The translations under genes and the position numbers were made by a program. Shown in pieces: positions 36,245 to 46,032 of a stretch of 64,000 nucleotides of DNA (position 1 is its first letter; each line of letters begins with the position of its first letter). Under the pieces are notes generated by a model. The model ran no database searches and had not been told where the DNA came from. It was given only the letters and a program-made list of their open reading frames with translations. This DNA is from an uncultured Clostridia bacterium (GTDB lineage: Bacteria; Bacillota; Clostridia; Christensenellales; CAG-138): NCBI GenBank assembly GCA_946185305.1, contig CAMHJE010000001.1:23636-87635 (forward strand), read 5' to 3'.

Positions 36245-37165
36245 ATGGCAAAGCAACGGAAAAAGCATTACTCGTTGGTGCGGCGGCAGAACCGCGCGGG
36301 CTGGATGTTCGTGATGCCGTTTGTGATCGGCTTTCTGATCTTCTTCGCCAAGCCGATGGTCGAGAGCTTCTGGTACACGCTCAACGACGTGACGATGGGG
36401 CAGAACGGCCTCGAAACCAAGTGGGTCGGCCTCGGCAACTTCCGCTATCTGCTGCTGGAGGACAGCAGCTTTCTGCGAAACCTTTGGACGGTAACAAGCC
36501 AGATGCTTGCGCAGGTTGCGATCTGCACGATCCTGTCGCTGTTCATCGCCATCGTGCTGGTACAGAACTTCCGCGGCCGCACGATCTACCGCGCGATCTT
36601 CTTCCTGCCGATCATCATGACGAGCGGCGTCGTGTATTCGATGGTCAGCTCGGTCGTCGGCTCGTCGGGGCTTTCCGGCACCGGCAACGCCTATATCTAT
36701 TCGTCGGTGTCGATGACGACGCTGATGCAGCAAGGCGGCGTGCCGACGGCGTTCATCAATCTGATCACACAGGTCATCGACGCGATCTTCTCGATGGTCG
36801 TGAACTGCGGCGTGCCGATCCTGCTGTATATCTCCGGCCTCCAGAAGATCCCGCAGAGCGCGTATGAAGCGGCGCGGATCGAGGGCGCGAGCACATGGGA
36901 TATCTTTTGGCGCATCACGATCCCGAAGATCTTCCCGATCATCTTCTTGAACGTCGTCTACTGCGTGATCGACGCTTCGACGGCCTACGGCGCGCAGCAG
37001 GGCGGCAACGTCATGATGGCGGCGATTCAGCAAATGGGCTTCGGCAAGACAATGAAGTTCGGCATGAGCGCCGCGATGGCTTGGATGTACTTCCTCGTGA
37101 TCGCGCTGTTCCTGGGTCTTGCATGGCTCACCATCGGGCGCCGCGCGGCCAAGATCGAGAATTGA
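36245..37165 (+). CDS. Carbohydrate ABC transporter permease (second system, MalF-like)
   Basis: EAA loop EAARIEGASTWDIFWRITIPKIFP. GGGAGG RBS. Confidence 0.9.
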   Translation: MAKQRKKHYSLVRRQNRAGWMFVMPFVIGFLIFFAKPMVESFWYTLNDVTMGQNGLETKWVGLGNFRYLLLEDSSFLRNLWTVTSQMLAQVAICTILSLFIAIVLVQNFRGRTIYRAIFFLPIIMTSGVVYSMVSSVVGSSGLSGTGNAYIYSSVSMTTLMQQGGVPTAFINLITQVIDAIFSMVVNCGVPILLYISGLQKIPQSAYEAARIEGASTWDIFWRITIPKIFPIIFLNVVYCVIDASTAYGAQQGGNVMMAAIQQMGFGKTMKFGMSAAMAWMYFLVIALFLGLAWLTIGRRAAKIEN

Positions 37166-37179
37166 AGGGAGGTCAGAGT

Positions 37180-38160
37180 ATGCAGCGTTCCCCGCAGGCG
37201 GAGGTCAACCGCATGATCCTTCGCAACCGCATCATCGGCATTATTTTGGCGATCCTCCGGCACGTCTTTTTGATCGGGCTTTGCTACGTCGTACTGTATC
37301 CGGTGCTGTACATGGTCAGCAACGCGTTCAAGCCCGTCTCCCAATACTATGACCCCTCGGTCGTTTGGATCCCGCGCTCCTTAACGCTCGATAACTTCAT
37401 GATCGTGTTCACGGTCATGGATGTCGGCAAGGTGCTGCTGAATACCCTGCTGATCGAAATTCTGCCCGCGTTTATTTCGACGTTCATCTGCATGATGGTC
37501 GGTTACGGACTGGCGCGGTTCGATTTCCGCGGCAAGGCGCTGATCCTCGGCTGCGTGATCTTGACGATCATCGTCCCGCCGCAGACGATCTCGACCTCGC
37601 TGTATTCGAGCTATCGGTACTTCGACTTTTTAGGCATTTTAAGTCTGCTGCACAACGTATTCCCCGCCATCGGCCCGATCAATCTGATCGGCACGCCTTG
37701 GGTCACGATCCTGCCCTCGATCTTCGGCGTCGGGCTCAAAAACGGCATCTTCATTTTCATCTTCATGCAGTTCTTCACCGGCCTGCCCAGAGAGCTGCAG
37801 GAGGCCGCCGCCATCGACGGCTGCGGGCCGCTGCGCACGTTTTTGAAGATCATCCTGCCGACGGCGAAGAACATCGTGATCGCGGTGCTGCTGCTCGCGG
37901 TCGTGTGGAACTGGAACGACTACTATACGCCCGCCATGTACATCCGCACGACGGACACGATGGCCACCGCGATGGCGGCTTTCCGGGCAAATTTAGAGAA
38001 CCTGCACAACATGGGCACCGGCCTTGAGAACATTCAGACCGCGAATACGCAGATTCAGGCCGCGGCGCTGATCGCAATTCTGCCGCTTGTCATTCTGTAT
38101 GTATTTTTGCAAAAGCGGTTTTCCGAGGGCATCGAGGACTCCGGCCTGACCGGTATTTAA
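37180..38160 (+). CDS. Carbohydrate ABC transporter permease (second system, MalG-like)
   Basis: EAA loop EAAAIDGCGPLRTFLKIILPTAKN. Start at MQRSPQAEV with a GGGAGG RBS. Confidence 0.9.
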   Translation: MQRSPQAEVNRMILRNRIIGIILAILRHVFLIGLCYVVLYPVLYMVSNAFKPVSQYYDPSVVWIPRSLTLDNFMIVFTVMDVGKVLLNTLLIEILPAFISTFICMMVGYGLARFDFRGKALILGCVILTIIVPPQTISTSLYSSYRYFDFLGILSLLHNVFPAIGPINLIGTPWVTILPSIFGVGLKNGIFIFIFMQFFTGLPRELQEAAAIDGCGPLRTFLKIILPTAKNIVIAVLLLAVVWNWNDYYTPAMYIRTTDTMATAMAAFRANLENLHNMGTGLENIQTANTQIQAAALIAILPLVILYVFLQKRFSEGIEDSGLTGI

Positions 38161-38204
38161 GACGCGAAAACCATTTCACCATACAAAGAACAGGAGGAAC
38201 TACT

Positions 38205-39644
38205 ATGAAGAACACCGTTTCCAAAATCGTTTGTCTCATGCTCGCTTTGACCATGTGCTTCGGCCTTTTCGCCTGCACAAGCGAGATCGCGCCGTCCGCG
38301 CAGACGAACACGCCGTCCAACCCGGTCACCGGCGCGACCGATCCGACGACCGGCGCCGCGCCGGCAGCGCAGACCGAACCCGAAAAGACCGAAAGCACCG
38401 AGCCGCAGAACGGCGAGGTCGCGGGCGAGATCATCACGGGCGGCGGCGCGGAAGCCGGCTTCCTTGACAACGTCGAGGGCTTGCCGGACACGCTCGCCAA
38501 TCCGAACATCACCATCGTCTACTGGTACAACCCGAAGCAGTACGCCGTCGATATCCGCAAGCAGGCCGACGTATACGACCCGATCTTAGAGGCGATCCCG
38601 TACTTTGAAGAAAAGTACGGCGGCAAGGTCACGGTCATCTACGCCGCGTGGGGCGACATGCTCGAAACCGTCACGTCCCTGCAGAACGCGGGCGACGCGC
38701 CCGATCTCTTCGAGGTCTACGACGAAACGATGTACAGCGTGATCCTGTCCGGCGTAGCGATGAATCTGGATCCCTACGTAACCGATTTCGATTACAGCTA
38801 CTATAAGGTCAACCGCGAAACGTTCCAATGGAAGGGCAGCGACTATGCGATCCCGCTGAAGCCCTACGCGTTCTATATCATGTACAACAAGGATCTGTTC
38901 GATCTGGAGGGCCTCGACGATCCCGCGACGATGTTCCAGCAGGGCAAGTGGAACTGGGATACGTTCCGCGATGTCTGCAAGCGGCTCACCAAGACCGTGG
39001 ACGGCGAGTTGAGCCAGGTCGCTTACGGCTCGTGGGAGGATACGATCCTGTCGTTCATGTATGCCAACGGCGGCTCTCTGCTCAATATCGACACCAAGAC
39101 CGGCGAGGTCGCTTCGAACCTCGGCTCCGTCCAGACGCAGGACACGATCAACTACCTGATCGAGCTGAAGGACTGCTTCATCTACGGCAACGATATGTGG
39201 GGCTGGTTCGACAACGGCGCCATGGCGATGATCCGCGGCCATGAATACCCGGTCGATTTCCCGTTCGATACCGGCATGGTGCCGTTCCCGACCGGCGACG
39301 ATTACGAGGGCAAGAACCTTGTCGTCTATCCGCAGGGCATGGCCGTCCCGAACGGCGCAAAGAACCCGGAGGGCGCGGTGGCGTTCATGCGCGTCGTCAA
39401 TGAAATGCAGAAGAACGTCGGCGATCAGAAGGAAGCGAACCGCATCGGGCAGGCCAACTACGACATGATCTATGCCGACGACGTGAACCTCGTCTATCAG
39501 TATGACAAGGGCCTCAACGACATCGGCACCGTGATCGCTACGATTGTCAATTACATCCGTGACGGCGTTCCGGCGGCCACGATCAACGCAAACCTTGAAT
39601 CGCAGCTGCAGGCCGAAATCAACCTGATGTACAACGACCGGTAA
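38205..39644 (+). CDS. Sugar ABC transporter substrate-binding lipoprotein
   Basis: Lipobox GLFACTS followed by a Pro/Thr/Glu-rich linker and a family-1 SBP body. Confidence 0.85.
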   Translation: MKNTVSKIVCLMLALTMCFGLFACTSEIAPSAQTNTPSNPVTGATDPTTGAAPAAQTEPEKTESTEPQNGEVAGEIITGGGAEAGFLDNVEGLPDTLANPNITIVYWYNPKQYAVDIRKQADVYDPILEAIPYFEEKYGGKVTVIYAAWGDMLETVTSLQNAGDAPDLFEVYDETMYSVILSGVAMNLDPYVTDFDYSYYKVNRETFQWKGSDYAIPLKPYAFYIMYNKDLFDLEGLDDPATMFQQGKWNWDTFRDVCKRLTKTVDGELSQVAYGSWEDTILSFMYANGGSLLNIDTKTGEVASNLGSVQTQDTINYLIELKDCFIYGNDMWGWFDNGAMAMIRGHEYPVDFPFDTGMVPFPTGDDYEGKNLVVYPQGMAVPNGAKNPEGAVAFMRVVNEMQKNVGDQKEANRIGQANYDMIYADDVNLVYQYDKGLNDIGTVIATIVNYIRDGVPAATINANLESQLQAEINLMYNDR

Positions 39645-39662
39645 AGGAAAGGGAAAACAACC

Positions 39663-41846
39663 GTGGAAAGAGGCATATATTTCGACGGCTGGTATCACGA
39701 CAACCATTGCTACCATCCGAGTCTGCCGTATCGCTCGATGCAGATGGTCGAGGATTTGGAGCGTTATCAAGCGACGATTCTCGTCTGGTCCTGCCTCGGC
39801 GGCGGCTCGATCTCGCTGCCGTACCTGGAGAATGAAGCGTTTGGCGAGGTAGATCCTCGCCTGCGCTTTTACGGATACATGAACGACGCCGAGTTTATCG
39901 CAGAGTGCAGCAAGCGCGGCATCAAGACCATGGGCATCGTCTTTGAGGTGCAGGGCTGGGAATTCCCGGTCGAGGTCAGCGCGGACGGCAAGCACATGAA
40001 GGCGTTCAACGTCCTGCGCGACCGCCCCTCCGATCAGGGCGAAGCCTATTACGGCCTCAACGAATTCTCCTCTGGCAAGTTCGACGGCCTGTTCCGCACA
40101 AAACTGGCCGACTATTACCCGGACGGGATCATCAACAGCGACGGCGAGCGCGTGACCGCCTTGCAGGAGGAGGCCGCGGCGCGCACGTTTCGCGGCGAGC
40201 CGGTGCATGCGGGCTGGGTCGAGGTCAAGGGCCATTCGCGCACCTGCTATCAGACCTGCCGCAACAACCCCGTATGGCGCGGCTACCTCAAAAAGATCAT
40301 GGAGCTGCAGATCGACGCGGGCGTATACGGCATCCAGCTCGACGAGGCCGAGCTGCCGATCACGTCGATGGGCGCGGGCGGCTGCTTCTGCAAGGACTGC
40401 GTCAAGCAGTTCCGCGTGTATTTGCAGGAGAAGAAGGCAAACGGTACGCTGCCCAAGGGGTATGAGGGCTTCGATCTCGACACGTTCGATATCGGGCAGT
40501 ATCTGCGCGATTGCGGCGTGCATCACCCGACCGAATCGTGGACATACCGCGACGTGTATGAATTCCAGATGCGCGCGGTGAAGAAGCACTTTACCGAGCT
40601 GGTCGAGCACGCGCGGCGCTATGCCAAGGAAACGTATGACCGCGATATTTGGATGAGCGGCAACTTTTTCACCTGCATGCCGGTCTACTATCCGTTCGAG
40701 AACACCGTGGACTGCGTGATCACCGAAATGGATCACACGCTGTTCCGGCAGCCGCATTGGTATCGCTATATTGCGGGCTTCTCGAACGACAAGCCCGTGA
40801 TCGTCGCGGAAAATCCCTACGGCGGCATTATCCCGCAGCTGTTGGAGCAGCTCAACAAGGGCAAAGGCTATGACCTCTACCGGCTGCTGCTGCTGGAAGC
40901 GTCGGTCTACGGCTGCAATATGAGCGTGCCTTACGGCGGATGGATGGGCAACACGATCAAAACCGGCTTTTGGCCCCCGCGCGACGTGACCGAGCAGGTG
41001 CAGACGTTTTTAGCCGAGCACGACGATTTGTTCGGCAAGCGCAGCGGCGCAAACGTACTGGTGCCGTATTCATTCCCGAGCTACTACTGGCGTGAGGTCA
41101 CCAAGAAGGGCGGCGGCGACCAGTTCACCGATGTGGATTCGATTCTGTTCTACAAGTCCGTCGAGGAGCAGAGCGAGAACGCGTCCCGTCTGTCGTTTTG
41201 GGAGATCATCCAACGGCTTTCCGAGCAGCAGACGCTGTACGACGTGCGCATGTTCGGCGACGACGAGCTGCGCCCCGACCGCGTTTCGGCGGACGACTGG
41301 ACGCAGTACGACCTGATCATCCTGCCGGAATGTGATTATCTCACGGCGAATCAATGCGAGGAGATCGAACGCTTTGCCCGCCGCGGCGGCAAGGTGCTGC
41401 TGTTCGGCCTGACCGCTTTGAACCGGCCCGGCTGGGCGGAGCGCATGACCGCGCTGCCGAACGTGATCCTCGTCCCGAACCCCGCGCCGCGCCGCGCCGC
41501 ACTGCGGCTGTTTACAGACGCGTTCAAGCTGCTGTATCGCGGCTGCGAGCAGCTTTCGATCCAAACCGAAAATCCCAAGGACGCCGCGTTTATCGGCGCG
41601 AACAGCCACGAAGCGAACGGCAAACGCAGTCTGCATCTTTTGAACTACCGCTATGACGCGCAAAAGGACGCCGTGCAGCCGATCGAAAACGTGACGGTCC
41701 GGTTCCGTCCCCGTGCCGCGGCAAGCGGGGCAAGGGTCATCGACCTTGACGGCAAGCCGATCCCCGCCGACGTGCGGATCGAAAACGGCGCGCTGACCGT
41801 GCGCCTTTGGACTCTCCCGCTGTATGCGGCTATCGTAATGGAGTAA
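39663..41846 (+). CDS. Uncharacterised three-domain protein with GH42-like architecture (putative glycosidase)
   Basis: QLDEAE strand motif followed by CFCKDC, with TCYQTC about 42-46 residues upstream. The C-terminal DLIILPECDYL...RRGGKVLLFG resembles a GATase-like or trimerisation domain. Apparent GTG start. Confidence 0.5.
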   Translation: MERGIYFDGWYHDNHCYHPSLPYRSMQMVEDLERYQATILVWSCLGGGSISLPYLENEAFGEVDPRLRFYGYMNDAEFIAECSKRGIKTMGIVFEVQGWEFPVEVSADGKHMKAFNVLRDRPSDQGEAYYGLNEFSSGKFDGLFRTKLADYYPDGIINSDGERVTALQEEAAARTFRGEPVHAGWVEVKGHSRTCYQTCRNNPVWRGYLKKIMELQIDAGVYGIQLDEAELPITSMGAGGCFCKDCVKQFRVYLQEKKANGTLPKGYEGFDLDTFDIGQYLRDCGVHHPTESWTYRDVYEFQMRAVKKHFTELVEHARRYAKETYDRDIWMSGNFFTCMPVYYPFENTVDCVITEMDHTLFRQPHWYRYIAGFSNDKPVIVAENPYGGIIPQLLEQLNKGKGYDLYRLLLLEASVYGCNMSVPYGGWMGNTIKTGFWPPRDVTEQVQTFLAEHDDLFGKRSGANVLVPYSFPSYYWREVTKKGGGDQFTDVDSILFYKSVEEQSENASRLSFWEIIQRLSEQQTLYDVRMFGDDELRPDRVSADDWTQYDLIILPECDYLTANQCEEIERFARRGGKVLLFGLTALNRPGWAERMTALPNVILVPNPAPRRAALRLFTDAFKLLYRGCEQLSIQTENPKDAAFIGANSHEANGKRSLHLLNYRYDAQKDAVQPIENVTVRFRPRAAASGARVIDLDGKPIPADVRIENGALTVRLWTLPLYAAIVME

Positions 41847-41859
41847 AGGAAACAAACGT

Positions 41860-44800
41860 ATGGAAGAAAACATTCTTGTCACCGGCGAACCCCTTTCCAA
41901 GGGCAAGTTCAAAACCCCGAGCAAGGAATTCGGCATCATGCCGTTCTGGTTCTGGAACGGCGAAATGTCCTACGACGAGATCGCCTATCAAATCAGGGAA
42001 TACAAGGCCAAGGGCTGCCCCGGCTTCTACATTCATGCGCGCTTCGGCGTGCGCGAGGAGCTCGGCTATATGAACGAGGACTGGCTCGACCGCGTGAAGT
42101 TCACAATCGAAAAGGCGCAGGAGGAGGGCTTGCAGGTTTGGGTATACGACGAGTATAACTGGCCGAGCGGCACCTGCGGGCAGACGCTGATGAAGGATCA
42201 TCCCGAAATGACGAACGTGTATCTGGAGCTTGTGGACGGCGATCTGCCGGGACAGTTCTTCACGTTCATGGAGGGCACCGATTCGCGCTACAACGACCTC
42301 GAACAGTCCGAGCCGGTCTATGCCTGCGCGATCAAGCTGGAGGACATGCAAAACGGCAACTATGAGATCGTCGATCTGATGCCGTCGCTGTCGTTCGACA
42401 AGGTCATCACGTGGGAAGCGCCAAAGGGCCCGTGGAAGCTGTTCTACTTCATCGAGCGCAAGAGCACCTGGTATGCGGACGTGCTGAACCCCGAAACGAC
42501 CAAGAAGTTCATCGAGTACACGCATGAGCGGTACAAGGCGTACCTTGACGGCGATTTTAGCAAGCAGGTCAAGGGCTTCTTTACCGACGAGCCCGCCATG
42601 CACTATTTCGAGACGGGCCGCGATAACTTCATTATCCCGTGGACGCACGGCATGTTCCGCATCTTCCGCGAGCATAACGGCTACGACCTCAAAAAGAACC
42701 TGCCGAAGCTGTTCTTTGACTGCGGCGGAGACACCGAGCAGGTGCGCTACGATTTTTGGAGCACGCTGACCGATCAGTATGAAAAATCCTATTTCAAGGA
42801 AATCGAGGACTGGTGCGCGGACAACGACGTGATCTTCACGGGGCATCTGCTGTATGAGGAATCGCTCCGCGCCCACGCCCGCGTGGACGGCAACCTGTTC
42901 AAGCATTTGCAGCACTTCCACATGACCGGCGTGGATCACCTCTATCCGCGCATCGGCACACGGGAGATGGAAAACGAGCACGTCGCGCTGAAGATCGCAT
43001 CGAGCGCGGCGCACCAGAACGGCAGCGCGCGGCTTGTGTGCGAATCCATGGGTGGCTCCTACTGGGACTGCACGATGGAGCGCATGAAATGGATCGGCGA
43101 CTGGGAATACGTTCTCGGCGTGAACCAGTTCATTCCGCACGGCTTCCATTACACGATCGAAGGCGAGCGCAAGCGCGACTGGCCGCCGTCAATGTTCTGC
43201 CAGTTTACATGGTGGGAGCAGTACGGCCTGTTCAACGACTATATGACGCGCCTCGGCTATACGCTGTCCGGCGGCGATCACGTCGCCAAGGTGGCGGTGC
43301 TCTACCCGATGAATTCGATTTGGGCGAATTACATGCCGAACCGCCGCACGAAGATTTCCGAGTGCATCGAGCGCGAATTTGCGTACATGGCGGATCGGAT
43401 GCTGCGCCTGCATATCGACTACGACTATCTCGACGAGGACGTGCTGAACGAGCGCGTGCGGATCGAAAACGGCAAGCTCTGCATCCAAGGCGAGCGGTAC
43501 GAAATGCTGCTGCTCCCGCCCTGCACGCATATCAAGGCCAAAACGCTCGACACGCTCGAAGCGTTCGCGGCGGCGGGCGGCAAGATCGGCGGCGACGCGC
43601 TGCTGCCCTATCGGTGCATCGAGGGCGAAGCCAAGGATTTTGCGGCGCGGATAGAAGCCCTGTTCGGCGTCGATCCGGTCGTGCTGCGCGAAACGTTTCT
43701 GCAAACGGATAACCGCGAGCAGACAGTCACGGTTCGCCGGCACAACGGCGGCAAGGTCGTGTTCGCTTCGGGCGAAGGCTTCAAGGCAAACCCCGATCCC
43801 GAAAAAGGCCTAAGAAATCTCAATCAGCTCCTTCGCGCGTGCGTCACGCCGGAGATCGAGATCGACAGCGAGGAGGTCTTTTACCTCCACCGCGTCAAGG
43901 ATGGAAAAGACCTGTTCTTTCTCATCAACCCGGTCGATTTCGCGGCGGACTGCGAGCTGCGCTTCAGGGGCGCGCATACGCCGGAGTTGTGGAACCTCGA
44001 AACCGGCGATATCCGAAAAGTCACGGTGTACGAGCAGCGCGACGGCTTTACGCGGCTGCGCCTGCATCTGGAGCCGTTCGGCTCGGCGCTCTATTCGTTT
44101 GCCGACGAACCGGAGGCCGTGCATGTTTGCGCGTCGGATATGACCGTCGAGACGTTCGATCCCGCAACCCGCACCGCGACCGGCTTTGCACGGCTCGAAA
44201 CCGACGGCGCGATCACGCTGCAAACCGGCAGCGAGCGCGAAACCGTTTCGATCCCCGCGGCAGCGCCCGCGCCCGTCCTCCCGCTTTGCGGCCCGTTTGC
44301 ATTTGCGACCGACAAGCCGAACAGCCTCAACACTGACGCGTGGAAAATGACCTACGCGACCGACGCGGACGAGATCGCGGCGATCACGGCAGGCAAGGCG
44401 GACATGTCGAGCTGGCTCGATATGCGCATGGGCGCGTGGGAAATGCAGCTCCCGGTCGAGCGCGACGACGCGACCTACCCGGTCACGCTGTGGTATGTCA
44501 CCAAGGTGCACGCGGCGTATATCCCGGACGATCTGAAGCTGATGATCGACGGCTTCAAGGGCAGCGGCTACACGCTGTTCGTGAACGGCAAAGCGGTCAC
44601 CGAAACGCCGGAGCGCAGCTATCTGGACGCGGAGATCAAGACCGTGCCGATGCGCCCGTACTTTGTGCCGGGCGAAAACACGATTGCCGTGCGGCTCACC
44701 GTCACAAAAAAGAGCGACGGCATGACCGACCTCTTGAAGATTATCGGCAGCTTTGCGGTCGAAACCGCGGACGGCGTCGAAACCATCGTGCAGCCCAAGA

Positions 44801-45150
44801 CCGAGATTACGCTCGGGGACTGGAACGAAAAGGGCTATCCCTACTATTCCGGCACCGGCTTCTACACGGCTAAGGTCAATATCACAAAGGACCTGCTCGA
44901 AAAGAAGCTGCTTCTTTCGGCCGATATCGGCCGGGATGTGCTGCTCGTTTCGGTCAACGGCAAACCGGTCAAGACCTGCCTGTGGCGGCCGTATGAAGCG
45001 GATCTGACCCCGTATCTGGTCGAGGGCGAGAACGAGATCACGCTCGGCGTCGTCAATACGCTGATGAACCTGCTCGAATCGACGCACAACCCGTCCGGCC
45101 TGTTCAAAGCCGAGATCGTGCCGTTCGACCGGTATACGGTCACGTTCTGA
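41860..45150 (+). CDS. Large putative glycoside hydrolase with C-terminal jelly-roll/galactose-binding-like domains (possibly GH106-like)
   Basis: N-terminal FGIMPFWFWNGEMSYDEIAYQIREYKAKGCPGFYIHARFG, a motif I associate with the jelly-roll glycosylhydrolase family. 1096 aa, no signal peptide. Confidence 0.5.
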   Translation: MEENILVTGEPLSKGKFKTPSKEFGIMPFWFWNGEMSYDEIAYQIREYKAKGCPGFYIHARFGVREELGYMNEDWLDRVKFTIEKAQEEGLQVWVYDEYNWPSGTCGQTLMKDHPEMTNVYLELVDGDLPGQFFTFMEGTDSRYNDLEQSEPVYACAIKLEDMQNGNYEIVDLMPSLSFDKVITWEAPKGPWKLFYFIERKSTWYADVLNPETTKKFIEYTHERYKAYLDGDFSKQVKGFFTDEPAMHYFETGRDNFIIPWTHGMFRIFREHNGYDLKKNLPKLFFDCGGDTEQVRYDFWSTLTDQYEKSYFKEIEDWCADNDVIFTGHLLYEESLRAHARVDGNLFKHLQHFHMTGVDHLYPRIGTREMENEHVALKIASSAAHQNGSARLVCESMGGSYWDCTMERMKWIGDWEYVLGVNQFIPHGFHYTIEGERKRDWPPSMFCQFTWWEQYGLFNDYMTRLGYTLSGGDHVAKVAVLYPMNSIWANYMPNRRTKISECIEREFAYMADRMLRLHIDYDYLDEDVLNERVRIENGKLCIQGERYEMLLLPPCTHIKAKTLDTLEAFAAAGGKIGGDALLPYRCIEGEAKDFAARIEALFGVDPVVLRETFLQTDNREQTVTVRRHNGGKVVFASGEGFKANPDPEKGLRNLNQLLRACVTPEIEIDSEEVFYLHRVKDGKDLFFLINPVDFAADCELRFRGAHTPELWNLETGDIRKVTVYEQRDGFTRLRLHLEPFGSALYSFADEPEAVHVCASDMTVETFDPATRTATGFARLETDGAITLQTGSERETVSIPAAAPAPVLPLCGPFAFATDKPNSLNTDAWKMTYATDADEIAAITAGKADMSSWLDMRMGAWEMQLPVERDDATYPVTLWYVTKVHAAYIPDDLKLMIDGFKGSGYTLFVNGKAVTETPERSYLDAEIKTVPMRPYFVPGENTIAVRLTVTKKSDGMTDLLKIIGSFAVETADGVETIVQPKTEITLGDWNEKGYPYYSGTGFYTAKVNITKDLLEKKLLLSADIGRDVLLVSVNGKPVKTCLWRPYEADLTPYLVEGENEITLGVVNTLMNLLESTHNPSGLFKAEIVPFDRYTVTF

Positions 45151-45153
45151 GTT

Positions 45154-46032
45154 ATGGAACAGAAGCGTTACAATATCCTGATCGACACCGACATCGGCGG
45201 CGACGTGGACGACGCCCTGGCGCTCGCGCTTGCGCTGAACACGCCGTCCGTCCGGATCGTGGGGATCACGAACGTCTACCTTGCGAACGCGTGGCGCGCG
45301 GGCGTCACCAAGGAGCTGCTGCGCGTCTACGGACGGGAGGATATCCCGGTCTGCACCGGCGCGGAAAAGCCGCTGATCGGCTGGTGGGACGAAAGCCGCA
45401 TCCCGAACAGCTCGCCCGATTACGGCGAGTATCGTGGGGAAAAGCTGCCCCACGCCGCGGACTTCATCATCCAAAAGGCGGAGGAGATCGACGATCTCGT
45501 TTTGCTCGCCATCGGGCCGCTGACAAACGTGGGCCTCGCGCTTGCCAAAGCGCCGCATATCGCGGGGCGGCTGAAAATCTACATGATGGGCGGGCAGGTG
45601 AATAAGGCGCACCCGGAATGGAACATCGTCTGCGACCCGGAGGCCGCGCGCATCGTGTTCGAAAGCGGCGCGGATATCACGATGGTCGGACTCGATGTGA
45701 CCAACCGCTGTCAGTTTACGCGTGCCGAGGTGGACGAGATCAAAAACACGCCGCGTCCCGGCGCAAGTCGGCTCGGCGTGATGATGGAGCAGTTCATTGT
45801 GAACTTCGGCTATCTGCCGATCCTGCACGATCCGTTGGCGCTGGCCGCGCTGCTGTGGCCGGAGCTTGTCAGGCTCGAACGCAAGAACATTCTGATCGAA
45901 ACGCGCGGCGAATTCACGCGCGGCCTCACGATCGACTGCGACTGGGGCGCGGGGCATCCCGCCATGGTGGCGACCGACGTGGATGTGACCGCGTTCAAGC
46001 GGCGCTTGATCGAGGTGCTGAAGACCGTATGA
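45154..46032 (+). CDS. Inosine/uridine-preferring nucleoside hydrolase family protein
   Basis: DTDIGGDVDDALAL (DxDxxxDD Ca-binding motif) and EWNIVCDPEAA. Confidence 0.85.
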   Translation: MEQKRYNILIDTDIGGDVDDALALALALNTPSVRIVGITNVYLANAWRAGVTKELLRVYGREDIPVCTGAEKPLIGWWDESRIPNSSPDYGEYRGEKLPHAADFIIQKAEEIDDLVLLAIGPLTNVGLALAKAPHIAGRLKIYMMGGQVNKAHPEWNIVCDPEAARIVFESGADITMVGLDVTNRCQFTRAEVDEIKNTPRPGASRLGVMMEQFIVNFGYLPILHDPLALAALLWPELVRLERKNILIETRGEFTRGLTIDCDWGAGHPAMVATDVDVTAFKRRLIEVLKTV

